A stretch of 62,334 nt of DNA, filler included, from a bacterium (GCA_027004335.1; 10 parts of 10 records of this genome joined end to end with filler, not necessarily neighbours in it); one strand, 5' to 3'; counted from the first letter of the whole stretch, positions 32,930 to 44,388 are shown. Notes: generated by a model from the letters alone, not told the origin. Numbers and translations are program-made.

Positions 32930-33092
32930 ACTCCCCTCCTTTTTGTTTATTTTATCCCACCTTTTTATTTATGTCAAAATTTCCAGGAAAAATATCTTTA
33001 TTAGAAGAAATTTGATTTTTTAAACAAATCTAAGATAATATTGTCAAAGGAAATAAAGGGAGTGTAATATAATTAAACATAGGAGGGGAAGC

Positions 33093-33548
33093 ATGAAAAA
33101 AATTATTGGGTGGGTTTTTTTTGCTGTTGTTATTTTGGCTTCCTCCTGTAACAGAGGGAAAATTAACCTGAGAGCAATGAAACACTCGCTTGATGTGAAA
33201 GTCAGCAAATATTTTGACGCTCTTACCAATCAGAATAAATTTAAGATGTACATGCTGGAGCCTAAATGGGAAAAGCAGAATATTCTTTATTCCTCCTATA
33301 ATCCCAAGCTCCTACAGGAAAGAAGAAAAAAAATATTCGTGAGTGCCTTTGTAAGGAATATACAGTATGATCTTTTACATAATAAAGCAGTAGTTATAGT
33401 TCATTTTATGAAAGAAGAAATTTTATCAAAAAGGGGGCCTGTTGTTTTAGTCCCTGCTTTTATTGAAAAACAACTATGGGAATACAAAAATGGGGAATGG
33501 GGATATGTAAAAACCCTGAAGCGAATCTCTCCTGAGTTAATTAAGTGA
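33093..33548 (+). CDS. hypothetical lipoprotein
   Basis: AGGAGG RBS; signal peptide ending LASS-C. Confidence 0.75.
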   Translation: MKKIIGWVFFAVVILASSCNRGKINLRAMKHSLDVKVSKYFDALTNQNKFKMYMLEPKWEKQNILYSSYNPKLLQERRKKIFVSAFVRNIQYDLLHNKAVVIVHFMKEEILSKRGPVVLVPAFIEKQLWEYKNGEWGYVKTLKRISPELIK

Positions 33549-35174
33549 GTTTAGAGCCTTTCTCGCATCAGCATTTTCGGGATTTATTTCAATTATCCTC
33601 TGAAGATAATTTCTTGCTCCCCCAGTATTCCCCTTTAATTTTTCATAAAGATATCCATGAAAAAGAATTTTTTCGTTGTGTAAGTTACTATCCAAAATAT
33701 CAAGAAACTTCTTTTGGTATTCTTCTGCTTTCTGGCCATCCATTCCCCTATAATAAAAATACCCTGTGAGGAAAGCAGCAGATTTATACTCTATTTTCTC
33801 AGGATATAACTCTTCTGCTGATCTGAAGAGGTAATATGCTTCCTTAAAATCCTCTCTCAGCAATTCCAGCTCACCTTTTTCATATTGAATAGAAGCTTCA
33901 AAAATTAGCTTGTTACGCTGGAAAATTTCTTTTCTATACTTTTCTCTGCTACTCCTCTCTTTCAAAACTTGATAAGCTTCATCAATCAATCTGTTAATAT
34001 TGGATAAAAAAGCCATTATCTCCTCATCATCAGGATACTTCGCAGGATTATATAGAGCCTTTGCATCTCTGTAAGCTGCTTCAACTTCCTCCTCTATCGC
34101 GGATTCGTGAAGCACAAGCCTTCCAAAAAAGTTATCCCCATGAAGCCTTTCAAGTTTTTCTTTAAGCTCAATTTTCAAGTTTTGAATATTTTCTTCTTTA
34201 ATCATCTTTTCTCTAAACTCAATCATTCCAAGTTTTGCAAGAACAACAATCACTCTGTATGTAGAAAGAAGCATAAGAGGGCTCAAAGAGATAACTTCTC
34301 TTACAAGTCTCGGACGCTCTTTTACAACATCAACAAGAATTTTCTCCCTTTGATCAAGATTGATCTCTCCCCAGTTAAAGGAAGGCTGCGAAGCAGGATA
34401 AATATACATATTTATCCTGTTTTCAATAAAATCAGTTATTTCATCATTAGATAAATTCTCTTTCAGCACCTTGTAGAGAATAGAGCCCGTGCTTAATTCA
34501 TGCATAAATGGGATATCAAAACTCTTCCGAGGGACAAATTCAGCTTCACCTTTCTTCCATTTAAAAAGGTTAACAACCTTTATTTCAACCTGCTTTCTCA
34601 AAACCCGCTGAAGCACTTCCCTTGAAATTATCCCCTTTTCAACAACAATATCCCCTAACCTTGCATGGATTTTTTCACTCTCCCGAAGAAGCTCTTTTAG
34701 TATTTCTCTATCAATCACACCGATTGCCACCAATAAACTACCCAACAACTCTGAAGAAATATTTGATACTGCATACACAGGATTCCCTTTCCTGAAAAAA
34801 ATCATTTTCCACTCTGAATCTTTCTTTACTTTCAAAAACCCATCAAGTTTTTCCTTCTTTATTTTTATAAAAATTTCCACTATCCCTCCCTCTGAAAAAG
34901 AAAGGGTAAATCCTTCATTAACAACAGGTTGACTGGATGTATCTGCTACATCCTTATCTTTCAACCCCTCTACTTTTATAACTCCTTTACTGAAGAGACT
35001 TTCTAAAATTGGTATCAATTTACTTTCTACCAATCCCGTAAGAACTTTTAATTCTTTGAAAGATAATTTTCTCTCTATTCTGGAAAGAACTAATCCTTCC
35101 TCAGGTGTTAAATTAATTGAGAAAATATCAATATCCTTACTTGGCTTAATCAAAGTACTATGATCCCATCTCAC
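33537..35174 (-). CDS. DUF4388-like / degenerate DnaJ-like / TPR protein
   Basis: 'IFFRKGNPVYA.S...LLG..L', 'LFKWKKGEAEF', degenerate J-domain 'AYRDAK.LYNPAKY...IDEAYQVL', C-terminal TPR. Confidence 0.65.
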   Translation of the reverse strand: MRWDHSTLIKPSKDIDIFSINLTPEEGLVLSRIERKLSFKELKVLTGLVESKLIPILESLFSKGVIKVEGLKDKDVADTSSQPVVNEGFTLSFSEGGIVEIFIKIKKEKLDGFLKVKKDSEWKMIFFRKGNPVYAVSNISSELLGSLLVAIGVIDREILKELLRESEKIHARLGDIVVEKGIISREVLQRVLRKQVEIKVVNLFKWKKGEAEFVPRKSFDIPFMHELSTGSILYKVLKENLSNDEITDFIENRINMYIYPASQPSFNWGEINLDQREKILVDVVKERPRLVREVISLSPLMLLSTYRVIVVLAKLGMIEFREKMIKEENIQNLKIELKEKLERLHGDNFFGRLVLHESAIEEEVEAAYRDAKALYNPAKYPDDEEIMAFLSNINRLIDEAYQVLKERSSREKYRKEIFQRNKLIFEASIQYEKGELELLREDFKEAYYLFRSAEELYPEKIEYKSAAFLTGYFYYRGMDGQKAEEYQKKFLDILDSNLHNEKILFHGYLYEKLKGNTGGARNYLQRIIEINPENADARKALNSLN

Positions 35175-35213
35175 ATTTTTATGATAATTAAAAAAAATAG
35201 AAATAGCAAGGAG

Positions 35214-37160
35214 CTAAAATGAAATCTCTCCAAGTTTTCCAAAAGACATCCACAAAGACCACTTTTGATTCTTCCTATAGGGCCAGTTATAATAACTAAA
35301 AGAGAATGAAAAACAGTGGCAGGGATCAGAATATTGAAGTGAGATATTCTCTTCAAAGACTTTTTTATTGCCTATAAGGAATCTTTCACCTACTTCTCCT
35401 TTCCAGTTTCCAATTCTTCTGGAAAAAGAGAAAAACCACTGGCCTTCTCCCGACTCCGTGAAATATGGGTAATAAAATGGTTGCTCCGAAATATACATTT
35501 CTTCATTGACTGGCCATAAAAGTGAACCAACATGAAAGCTACCTGCTGAATTATGAATAAAAAAATCAATAAAAACATCAGCTAATCTCCTTCCATCAAA
35601 AATCTGGTGGGAGAGAAGAGAAAGATCATCTTTTTTAACAAGGAAGTCATGAGAAAGAAAGAGTTTTCCGTTCATTCCTATTAAGAACTTCTTACTATCA
35701 GCAAGAATAAAATCACCTGTATCAATTCTGTCATTCACCTTTACAAAAAAACCTTTAAATGGAGAGAATGAATCCAGCCCGTCATTATAGACATCAAGCA
35801 CTTTCCGCCAGAAAAGATATCTGTATCCTGCTGTTATAACTGAATTATGGGTAAAATATGAATTACTTCCCTTTATCATCATGGTAATAGCGTAATTTAG
35901 ATACCAGATTCCGTAGTAATTTCCAGAAAAATTTTCCAGCACAGAATTTTGATCAATAGAAAATGTAGCATAACGCATATTAAAACTCTTTCCCCAGAAA
36001 ATTCCAGTGAGATTTCTTACCTCTTTTTTGCTCTGTGGTATATCAAATCGACTCCAGACAACCCCATCTCCCAGTGAAGTTAAAGCTGGAACAGATGAGA
36101 AACCGATGACTGGGTAAAAAGAAAAATTCCCTGTTCCCACATCCTGAAAGAGAGTTATATCACCGTAAAATTTTCCAAGATCAATAAATTTCTGGTAATC
36201 AAAAGATGAAGGCAGAAAACTCTTCCCCCGGCTTGCAGGATCATCAACATAGTATGCTCTCAAAAAAGGATTCAACATCATATCAGCATTAATATTCCAT
36301 GCGACTGACGAACCATTGTAAAAATGCGATCCTCGTAATTCTGCAAAATTTCCTGCATCCCCGAAAGCGCTTTTCAAACTCCATCTACCTTTGCTCTTCT
36401 CAGAAATAATGTAATTGAGTAATCCACCTATACCTATATTTCCTGTGGAGTAATAATCAAGTTGCAATATCCCCTCTGACCATGGTGAAAGATTAAGGTA
36501 AAAGGGTAAATGCATCTCAAACCCTCTCTCTCCAGTATAGCTAAATCTTGGAAAAAGAAACCCTGTTTCTCTCTCATATTTGGCAGGCAAAATCAACAGA
36601 GGCACCCAAAGAACTTTTATTCCTCTAAATCTTACAGAACCACTAAAAATCCATGAGTATCCCCCAAGTCTCATCGTTATCTTACCTGCCTCAATTTCCC
36701 AGAAAGGGGGAGGATGTTCACAAGCACAGGAAGAGTAGTAGGCGTCTGTCACAATTATTCTCCTGCCCTCAACCTTGAGAGACTTTCCCCTTATGGTAAG
36801 ATGTTCAAGTGGAAATAAAACTTTCACATCCTCAACATATATTTTTCTCGGATAAACAGAAAAAGTTAAAGATCTCCCATACATAACGAAGCCTTCACCT
36901 ATTACAGACACCTCTCCAGAAGAGGAAAATTTGAAGTTCTTTTTATCAAGTAAAAATTTATCTCCCTTGATAAGAATATTACCATATTTAATTTCTACAT
37001 TGCCCTTCAAATAAAGGACCTTCTTCTTCCAGTTGTAACGGAGGTAATTCGAATAAACAGTAACTCCTGTAATTTCAACAGAAGCGGGAGGAACATAGGC
37101 AGCAACAGAAGAAACAACGCTTTCAAAAGAAAATAGAAAAAGAAAAAAAAACTTTTTCAA
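35214..37160 (-). CDS. lptD: LPS-assembly protein LptD-like
   Basis: OstA-like 'LKGNVEIKYG', 'YSSC.C..PP.W.I.A', 'RETGFLFP', aromatic beta-barrel C-terminus with 'DPCHCF'. Confidence 0.7.
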   Translation of the reverse strand: MKKFFFLFLFSFESVVSSVAAYVPPASVEITGVTVYSNYLRYNWKKKVLYLKGNVEIKYGNILIKGDKFLLDKKNFKFSSSGEVSVIGEGFVMYGRSLTFSVYPRKIYVEDVKVLFPLEHLTIRGKSLKVEGRRIIVTDAYYSSCACEHPPPFWEIEAGKITMRLGGYSWIFSGSVRFRGIKVLWVPLLILPAKYERETGFLFPRFSYTGERGFEMHLPFYLNLSPWSEGILQLDYYSTGNIGIGGLLNYIISEKSKGRWSLKSAFGDAGNFAELRGSHFYNGSSVAWNINADMMLNPFLRAYYVDDPASRGKSFLPSSFDYQKFIDLGKFYGDITLFQDVGTGNFSFYPVIGFSSVPALTSLGDGVVWSRFDIPQSKKEVRNLTGIFWGKSFNMRYATFSIDQNSVLENFSGNYYGIWYLNYAITMMIKGSNSYFTHNSVITAGYRYLFWRKVLDVYNDGLDSFSPFKGFFVKVNDRIDTGDFILADSKKFLIGMNGKLFLSHDFLVKKDDLSLLSHQIFDGRRLADVFIDFFIHNSAGSFHVGSLLWPVNEEMYISEQPFYYPYFTESGEGQWFFSFSRRIGNWKGEVGERFLIGNKKVFEENISLQYSDPCHCFSFSFSYYNWPYRKNQKWSLWMSFGKLGEISF

Positions 37161-37163
37161 GCA

Positions 37164-37961
37164 CTACCTCTCCATCATCCATTTGAAGATATACCAGACA
37201 TACACAGGAATCCTGTCTCCCATTATCAGGTCTATATGTCCCCAGTGAGCTTTATCATCCTTGTAACTGGAAATCCTGTACTCTTTATCCCTTGACGAAG
37301 AAAATAGATATGCTGGATGTGCACCAATATGGGTACACAGAGTATCTTTATCGCCGGTTATTAGCAGAATAGGTGTATCCAGAGATAAAAAAGATTCTGA
37401 ACAATCCCGTTCCCCAGAAGTATCTGTAAGTTCGCCTGAAGCAGCCCATCTCTTCATCAGTTTCAAAACCTCAATCCTAGTTTTATCAAAACCTACTTTT
37501 GTTATAACCACTCCTAATTTATCCGGGAAAAGTGGAGCAGAAGTATAGACAATTGCTCCACCAAGACTATGCCCAATAAGAAAAAACTTTTCTTTATCTC
37601 CAGAAATTTCAAGAGCCTTCTCAACAGCGGCTGGGAGATCATAATTCACATAATCTTCAAAAAATCTTGGAGAACCAGAACACATTGAACTTCTTCCATG
37701 TCCCCTCATATCAAAATTAAAAATATCGTCACCATCATAGGCGAGACAATTAACGAAATTCCTGCCACGCAAATGCCATCTGTATCTACTCTGAGCAAAT
37801 CCATGGAGGAGAAGCACAAATCCCCTTTTTCTATCATCAGGATAGACTTTTTTCACCATCTTTAAAAGGCAACTATCCCCAGCAGGAACTGAAATGATTT
37901 CTTTCCTTAAAAAAACTCCCTGACCCTCTGTAATCTTTTGCCAGACAAGGAATGAAGGCAT
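37164..37961 (-). CDS. alpha/beta hydrolase, apparently internally deleted
   Basis: LLHGFAQ, DMRGHG, IGHSLGG, GDKD, WGHIDL; cap region appears missing. Confidence 0.65.
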   Translation of the reverse strand: MPSFLVWQKITEGQGVFLRKEIISVPAGDSCLLKMVKKVYPDDRKRGFVLLLHGFAQSRYRWHLRGRNFVNCLAYDGDDIFNFDMRGHGRSSMCSGSPRFFEDYVNYDLPAAVEKALEISGDKEKFFLIGHSLGGAIVYTSAPLFPDKLGVVITKVGFDKTRIEVLKLMKRWAASGELTDTSGERDCSESFLSLDTPILLITGDKDTLCTHIGAHPAYLFSSSRDKEYRISSYKDDKAHWGHIDLIMGDRIPVYVWYIFKWMMER

Positions 37962-37968
37962 TATGAAT

Positions 37969-38370
37969 CTATTTTCTCAATTTACTCTGTTTCAACTTCG
38001 TCTCAATCTTCTCCAAAAGATCATAAAGTTCCCTCTGGCGGAAAGGTTTTTTAATATAACCAGTAGCTCCTTTCCTTAGAGCTTCAAGAACACTTTCCTC
38101 CTCACCCTCAGTACTTATTATAACAATTGGGATATTCCCGTATTTGTCTTTTTCCCTTCTCACTATTTCAAGGAAGGTTATCCCATCCATGATTGGCATA
38201 TTTATATCCAGCAACACCACATCAATCCCCTCAACTTCTTGAAGTTTTTTCAAAGCTTCAACACCATTCTTTGCTGTAACAAGTTCAACATCAGGGTATC
38301 TTTTAAAAGTCATCTTGTGAAGATTCAAGATAACATCAGAATCATCTACAGCAAGAATTTTTCTAAACAT
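37969..38370 (-). CDS. single-domain response regulator (CheY-like)
   Basis: ILAVDDS, LLDINMP.MDG, ISTEG, GYIKKPF. Confidence 0.93.
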   Translation of the reverse strand: MFRKILAVDDSDVILNLHKMTFKRYPDVELVTAKNGVEALKKLQEVEGIDVVLLDINMPIMDGITFLEIVRREKDKYGNIPIVIISTEGEEESVLEALRKGATGYIKKPFRQRELYDLLEKIETKLKQSKLRK

Positions 38371-38948
38371 TACTTCTTCTCCAGGTTTATTTTACCATTA
38401 GAAATGTAAAGGTCCTCACCGTCATCAAGACCTATTCTCGCCCAGAAACTTCCTTCAACTACATTGCTAAATTTTCTTATCACAAGCATGCCATTTTTAA
38501 CTTTCTGTATGGTCTTTACCGTGCCACCGGAAACAGCCTCCTGATAGAAAAAAACAGCATCATTCTGCGATTGAATCCTACCAGAAACAAGATCATAAGA
38601 ATTCGGATATGACATTGCTTTCATGAAAGTAAAACTTATAGTATACGCAATATTATTTACCTCCACATCCCCGCTGAGAAAAACAAAAGTATTCTGTTCA
38701 TATATCGTGGTGTTATCTGGAGGAACCTCAATATCCCTATCTCTCACGGTAAAAAATATACCATGTTCTTTTTCTGGTTGCTGCTCCTTGGGGGAAGTCG
38801 TTGGAGTCGCTTCTTTTTGACCAGGAACATACCCGGTGAAGGGAGTACCACTTTGATTTGATGAAGATGTGGTATTACCATATTGCCCCCCGCAATTAGT
38901 AATAAGGAAAAGAAAAAGCAAAATTAAAGAAACAGTTTTCACTTTCAT
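38370..38948 (-). CDS. hypothetical lipoprotein
   Basis: Signal peptide ending ITN-C, Ser/Thr/Pro linker. Confidence 0.7.
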   Translation of the reverse strand: MKVKTVSLILLFLFLITNCGGQYGNTTSSSNQSGTPFTGYVPGQKEATPTTSPKEQQPEKEHGIFFTVRDRDIEVPPDNTTIYEQNTFVFLSGDVEVNNIAYTISFTFMKAMSYPNSYDLVSGRIQSQNDAVFFYQEAVSGGTVKTIQKVKNGMLVIRKFSNVVEGSFWARIGLDDGEDLYISNGKINLEKK

Positions 38949-38978
38949 TTCAGTAAAATTTTACCGAAAATTTCAATT

Positions 38979-39861
38979 TTACTCAAATTTTAATATAAAA
39001 AATTTTTTCTTCCCCACTCTGAAGATATATTTTCCCTCCCGTTCTATCTTATATTCGGGGTTAGATATCTTTTCATTATTTATTCTCACTCCTCCCTGCT
39101 GTAGTAATCTCTTCCCCTCAGATGTGCTTTTTATAACACCCACCTCTTTAAGAACTGAAGGAAGCCATGATTCTCCCTCTCTTGGAAGGGATATCTCTTC
39201 CATATCATCCTCTCTCATTTCTTTTTTTGAGAACAACCTCCTGAACACATCCCGTGCATTTTCAGCGGCTTCTCTGCCATGGAATCTTTCAACAATTTCA
39301 AAGGCAAGATTTTCTTTAGCATCCTTAGGATGTATCTCTCCTTTTTTAACTTTATCAAGATACTCGTTAGAGCAATTACTCAACAACTCATAATAGACAA
39401 TCATAAGCTCATCAGAAATTGACATAATTTTACCAAACATATCCTGAGGAGGTTCTTCAATTCCCACATAATTCCCATAAGACTTGCTCATCTTTTGAAC
39501 ACCATCAAGACCCACCAAGAGAGGCATCGTCATAACCACCTGTGGTTGTTGACCAAATTCCCTCTGGAGCTGCCTCCCCACAAGAAGATTGAATTTCTGA
39601 TCAGTGCCCCCCAATTCAATATCAGCTTTCAACGCAACAGAGTCATATCCTTGAATAATAGGATACACAAGCTCATGCAGGAAAATTGGACGATTCTCCT
39701 GAAATCTTTTGGAAAAATCATCTCTTTCAAGCAGTTGAGCTACTGTAAATTTACCGAGGAGCCGTATGAAATCCTGAGGTGTTAATTTTTCATTCCATTC
39801 ACTGTTAAATACGATCTTTGTCTTTTCAGAATCAAGAATTTTAAAAACCTGTCTTTTATAG
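38979..39861 (-). CDS. tyrS: tyrosyl-tRNA synthetase, C-terminal part
   Basis: YPIIQGYD, ELGGTDQKFN, KMSKS, S4 domain 'SEGKRLLQQGGV'; open to contig end. Confidence 0.95.
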
Positions 39862-39961
39862 NNNNNNNNNNNNNNNNNNNNNNNNNNNNNNNNNNNNNNN
39901 NNNNNTTAATTAATTAANNNNNNNNNNNNNNNNNNNNNNNNNNNNNNNNNNNNNNNNNNNN

Positions 39962-41492
39962 ATTTGGTTATATGGATGATGCTTTCAGGAGGATAGATTA
40001 TATAACCACTTTCCAGCCAGATTCAGTGACAATGGAGGTTAGTGGGTTAAATGTGATTTTAAAGGGTGATGTGGTGAAGAAATTGTTTTCCGGTGTTACC
40101 ACCGATGTTGTAACTCTCAGTCTGGATGGAGAGTGGGGGATGCCAGAGGTGCTTTTTGTAGGGGCATTGATGAGTGGTTTTTACGGTGTGTGGGAGATTC
40201 TTATGTCCCAGAATTTGGGTATGGCAAGTGACTGGATAGCTATTTCCAATGATTATAAGTCAATGGTTGATAGTGATGCAGAGATGCCCAATTTTATAGC
40301 TCATGTGTTTGGTAACTACAGGAATCTATTTACATGGGATAAAAATGGGAAGAATTACTATCTGAAGAGTAGATATTATTTTGCAGGGATGCTTGATTAT
40401 CTATTTGGCGGTAAGGAACAATTAACATTTCCTGATGGAACAACATTTATCGCACCAGCTACTGAAGGGTTGATGAATTTATTAAAGAGCAGAGTTGTTT
40501 CATCCAGCAGCAGTACCTCAAAGTATCTTACCATAGTTGATACAGATGATAGTGGAGATATTTCTCCGGGAGATCTATTTGCAGTAAAGGGTATTCAAGC
40601 TCTTTATGAGCTTGCTAAAAGTGAAAAACAGGGTTATATCATCAATCCATTTTCTCAGAAACTACTTGATGAGATTTCCACTGCAGCTGAAAAGATAAAG
40701 GAGCAGATATTGAATTATGAGCAATCCAATGCTGATGTTGATTTTGGGGTGTTGGTTTCTAAAATTTTAAGAGATCTACGTGAAGCAGTGGGTTATACTG
40801 GAGGAACTGGAGATGTATTCCCTGCGGGATTCGTTATGGCGGATTTTGGAGCTCTTTACAGGGTGGTAGATGAAGATGAATTTCGTGGGTTGAGGTTCTT
40901 TTTGCCTGCATGGGTCTATAATGGAGGAGCTACAAGGAGTGACAGCGGATATATTCGTGGAGATGCAGATGCGTTTTTTAGACCTTTTGATTATATTATG
41001 ATGTGGGAGTGGGAGGGATACCTTGGAGATAATCCTTTTTGTCATGATTGTTATGCTTATGATGGCGAGGTAGATGGCAGGGATGGGCCTTTTTTGGGTT
41101 TCGAAATTTACTCTGTTCCTTTTACAGATGTTTCCCATTTTAATCTCTTTTTATCAGATAGTGGTGTGTTGAACAAAGATTTTCTTGGTAATGTTTCAGA
41201 TCCCACAGATGCAATTATAAAAAATCTTGTTATATTACCACCTGATGGAATACTTCCCCCGGCAGATGAAAGGGGTAGTGTGCTGTACTACTTTGATTGG
41301 CAGGAACCCACTCTCTGGGGATTTTTGAGGATTGATCCCGGTAAGTTCCCTGATAATTGTAAGCCTGCAATAAGTGCAGGGTATGACGAAACCACCCTTA
41401 ACCAGATAGAAATTAATGGTTTTCTTAATTGCATTTTAATCAATTATAATGGGTTGAATGACTATGTGAAAAAGCAGGGATTGATAAGGTGA
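39962..41492 (+). CDS. hypothetical protein (5' end missing)
   Basis: ORF of over 500 codons; EF-hand-like 'DTDDSGDIS'; no family recognised. Confidence 0.7.
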
Positions 41493-41920
41493 TAACCAGA
41501 AATGGTAATTTTAGGGATCTGGTAAATCCTTTCACCTGCAGGATCTAAAGCAGTTTCTACAGGAGAAATAGAAGAAAGAGAAATGGTTATGTTTTAACAA
41601 AGTGTATGAGGAGGATAAGGTAATCTATGACATTTATGTCAGTTTAATGGGGTTGTTAACTTATCAGGGAGGAGAGAGATGGACATACTGTCTGCAGAAT
41701 TGTGTTCATCTGTGAATTCAATTAGATACATTTACCCGATATCTGAATAGGTATGACCTGCCGGCAGGTTCCAGGAATTCCTCTTGATGTGCTCGGTCCC
41801 CTTGACTAAACTCGGGAACCGTGTTACGGCAAGGAATATTAAGGTCACTGGGCAAGGTCGAAATGACCACTTTAAGGCGGCTCCTTGAAAGCCCTCATAA
41901 ATACTGCTATTATTAAGTAT

Positions 41921-43621
41921 ATGAGAAAGTTTGTGGTATTACTGGTTTTCCTCGCCTCCTGCTCCTATCTTCCCGTGAAAAAGTTTTCCTTTCCATTTTT
42001 TTCTTATTTCACTACTTCCTCTGCAGAGAAGATAAGTTTCTCACAGCCTGCAACCTACAGCACAATGGTAAGCGCTGCCACTCTTTATCCGTTAAAACAA
42101 ACGGAGGGAGTAGAGGAAGAGGTGATCTATCCTGATGAAGAGCAGCTAACAACCGAGGAAGGGATTAATGTAGAACTCCCTGAAGTTAAGTTGAATGTAC
42201 CACTACCTTTTCCATATCCAGTCACAAAAGTTTCTTTTGATTTTCCAGTTACATATAACACACAGGTAGAAAACTGGATTAAATTTTTCACCGGGAAAGG
42301 CAGGATACATTTTGCAGAATGGCTCTCCAGAATGTATCTATATATTGATTATGTTAAGCGAGAATTTATAAAAAATAATTTGCCCTCAGATCTTGCGTAT
42401 CTTCCTCTTATTGAAAGCGGTTTTAATGTGAGGGCAAGGTCACCTGCATGGGCAATAGGAATGTGGCAATTCATGGCTTACACAGGCAGAAAATATGGCC
42501 TCAAGATTAACTACTGGATCGATGAGAGAAGAGATCCGTGGAAGTCAACTGAGGCTGCGATAAAATATTTGAAGGAGCTTCACAAAACATTTGGGGACTG
42601 GAACCTGGCAATTGCTGCTTACAACGCCGGTGAAGGCAAAATAAAAAAAGCAATCAGAAGATATGGAAGCAGGGATTTCTGGGTTGTTAAAAAGCACAGA
42701 TATATAAGGAGGGAGACAGCCAATTATGTTCCCAAATTTATAGCTGCCCTTATTATTGCAAAATGTCCAGAGTGCTTCGGGTTCCACCTTACTAAGGATA
42801 CGCCACTGAAGGTAGATAGAGTTAAGCTTCCCTATCCGGTGGATCTCTATCTGGTCTCAGAAATTACAGATGTACCTCTGGATAAGCTTCTTTTTTATAA
42901 TCCGGAGCTGAGGCACTGGGTTACTCCTCCTGACTATAAAGGATATGAATTGAAGTTACCGGCGGGAAAAGGCGAAGCTTTCCTTCTTAAGCTCAAGAAC
43001 TTTAGTAAGAAAGTAATTGCGAAGAGATACCTCAAGTACAGGAAATATGTAAGAGAGAGGATTTTTATCCGTCACAGGATGCGATGGGGGGAAACTCTCT
43101 CTCATGTGGCGAGGAGATATCATGTCTATGTTAGGACTTTGATGAGGATAAATCACATAAGAAATCCTCGGAGGGTCAGGGCTGGACACAGAATTCTAAT
43201 CCCCGTAGTAAGGGGGAGGACCCTTGCATATTATACTTCCGGTAAGTACTATGCACCGGTTTCAAAGAGATCCAAGATATCCAGCAGGCATAATAGGGGC
43301 ATAAGATACAGGGTGAAACCAGGTGATACTCTATGGTCTATTGCAAGGAGGTTCGGGGTAACAGTTTCTCAGTTAAAAAGTTGGAATAGAATAAGAGGTA
43401 ATTTTATAAGAGATGGGAGGATTCTCTATGTAAGAAAGTATCACAGATATTATTCTCGGTACAGAAAAGGTAAAATAAAATATATTGTGAGAGAGGGAGA
43501 TACCTTGTGGGATATTTCAAGAAAGTTTGGAGTCCCTATTAACAGGATAAAAACAGTTAAGAAAAAGTATCAGGGGCGAAATCTCTACCCTGGTGATGTC
43601 CTTATAATAGAAAAAGATTAA
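41921..43621 (+). CDS. mltD: membrane-bound lytic murein transglycosylase D-like (SLT + 3 LysM)
   Basis: Lipobox [39 protein letters not shown], LysM repeats (GETLS, GDTLW x2). Confidence 0.88.
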   Translation: MRKFVVLLVFLASCSYLPVKKFSFPFFSYFTTSSAEKISFSQPATYSTMVSAATLYPLKQTEGVEEEVIYPDEEQLTTEEGINVELPEVKLNVPLPFPYPVTKVSFDFPVTYNTQVENWIKFFTGKGRIHFAEWLSRMYLYIDYVKREFIKNNLPSDLAYLPLIESGFNVRARSPAWAIGMWQFMAYTGRKYGLKINYWIDERRDPWKSTEAAIKYLKELHKTFGDWNLAIAAYNAGEGKIKKAIRRYGSRDFWVVKKHRYIRRETANYVPKFIAALIIAKCPECFGFHLTKDTPLKVDRVKLPYPVDLYLVSEITDVPLDKLLFYNPELRHWVTPPDYKGYELKLPAGKGEAFLLKLKNFSKKVIAKRYLKYRKYVRERIFIRHRMRWGETLSHVARRYHVYVRTLMRINHIRNPRRVRAGHRILIPVVRGRTLAYYTSGKYYAPVSKRSKISSRHNRGIRYRVKPGDTLWSIARRFGVTVSQLKSWNRIRGNFIRDGRILYVRKYHRYYSRYRKGKIKYIVREGDTLWDISRKFGVPINRIKTVKKKYQGRNLYPGDVLIIEKD

Positions 43622-44016
43622 CCTTCTATAACTTTTATATATACTTTTCTGCTTCTCGGCCCATCAAATTCGCAGAAGAATATCCCCTGCCATGTTCCTA
43701 AAACTATTTCTCCATTTTCAATTATCAAATTTATTGAAGCTCCCACAATTGTTGATTTGATATGCGAATCTGCATTTCCTTCTAAGTGGAGATAGCCTTT
43801 ATCTGGTGGAACAAGTTTGGTTAGAGTATTTTCAATATCCTTTGCTACGGAAGGATCTGCATTTTCATTGATTGTGACCCCTGCTGTCGTATGGGGAACA
43901 TAAACGATGGCTATCCCCTCTCTTACACTGCTTTCTTTTATAGCTTGACGCACTCTGGAAGTTATGTCTATCATCTCTATTCTTTTGGAGGTTGAAACAG
44001 TTATAACTTTATACAT
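43618..44016 (-). CDS. yjbQ: UPF0047/YjbQ family protein
   Basis: [42 protein letters not shown]. Confidence 0.93.
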   Translation of the reverse strand: MYKVITVSTSKRIEMIDITSRVRQAIKESSVREGIAIVYVPHTTAGVTINENADPSVAKDIENTLTKLVPPDKGYLHLEGNADSHIKSTIVGASINLIIENGEIVLGTWQGIFFCEFDGPRSRKVYIKVIEG

Positions 44017-44029
44017 ATTTTTCCTCTCC

Positions 44030-44388
44030 TTATTTTTCTACACCAACATCAAAATCAACCACCGGATAAATGAAATAAAAATTACCGTAGATAGCGTTTA
44101 TTGTTGTGTCAACCATTACTATACTCTTTCCTCCAGAAAGGGTGAAGACATAATCAAAGTCGGGAATTGTTTTTACCATAGAAGGATCTGTAATACTCAT
44201 ACCATAGCTCTCATCTATCAGGTAAGAAGTTGGTCCTGTAGAAAAAGACGCATAGAGAATGTTTCCTTTCTCTGTATCAGTAGCGATAACTCCTTGAAAA
44301 TCAGGAGAAAGAGCAAATCCTCCTGCTTCTAAGTATCCAGAATCACTACCAAAGATCCTGGAGAAAGATTTTTCTGCATCCATATCAG
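44030..44388 (-). CDS. hypothetical protein, C-terminal fragment (beta-propeller-like)
   Basis: ORF open to contig edge. Confidence 0.55.

Noticed and set aside
41657-41735. 'AACTTATCAGGGAG' resembling a SAM-I riboswitch start
   Set aside because: Lacks the downstream conserved elements (GCAACC, GTGC.AA.TCC) and no methionine-related gene follows
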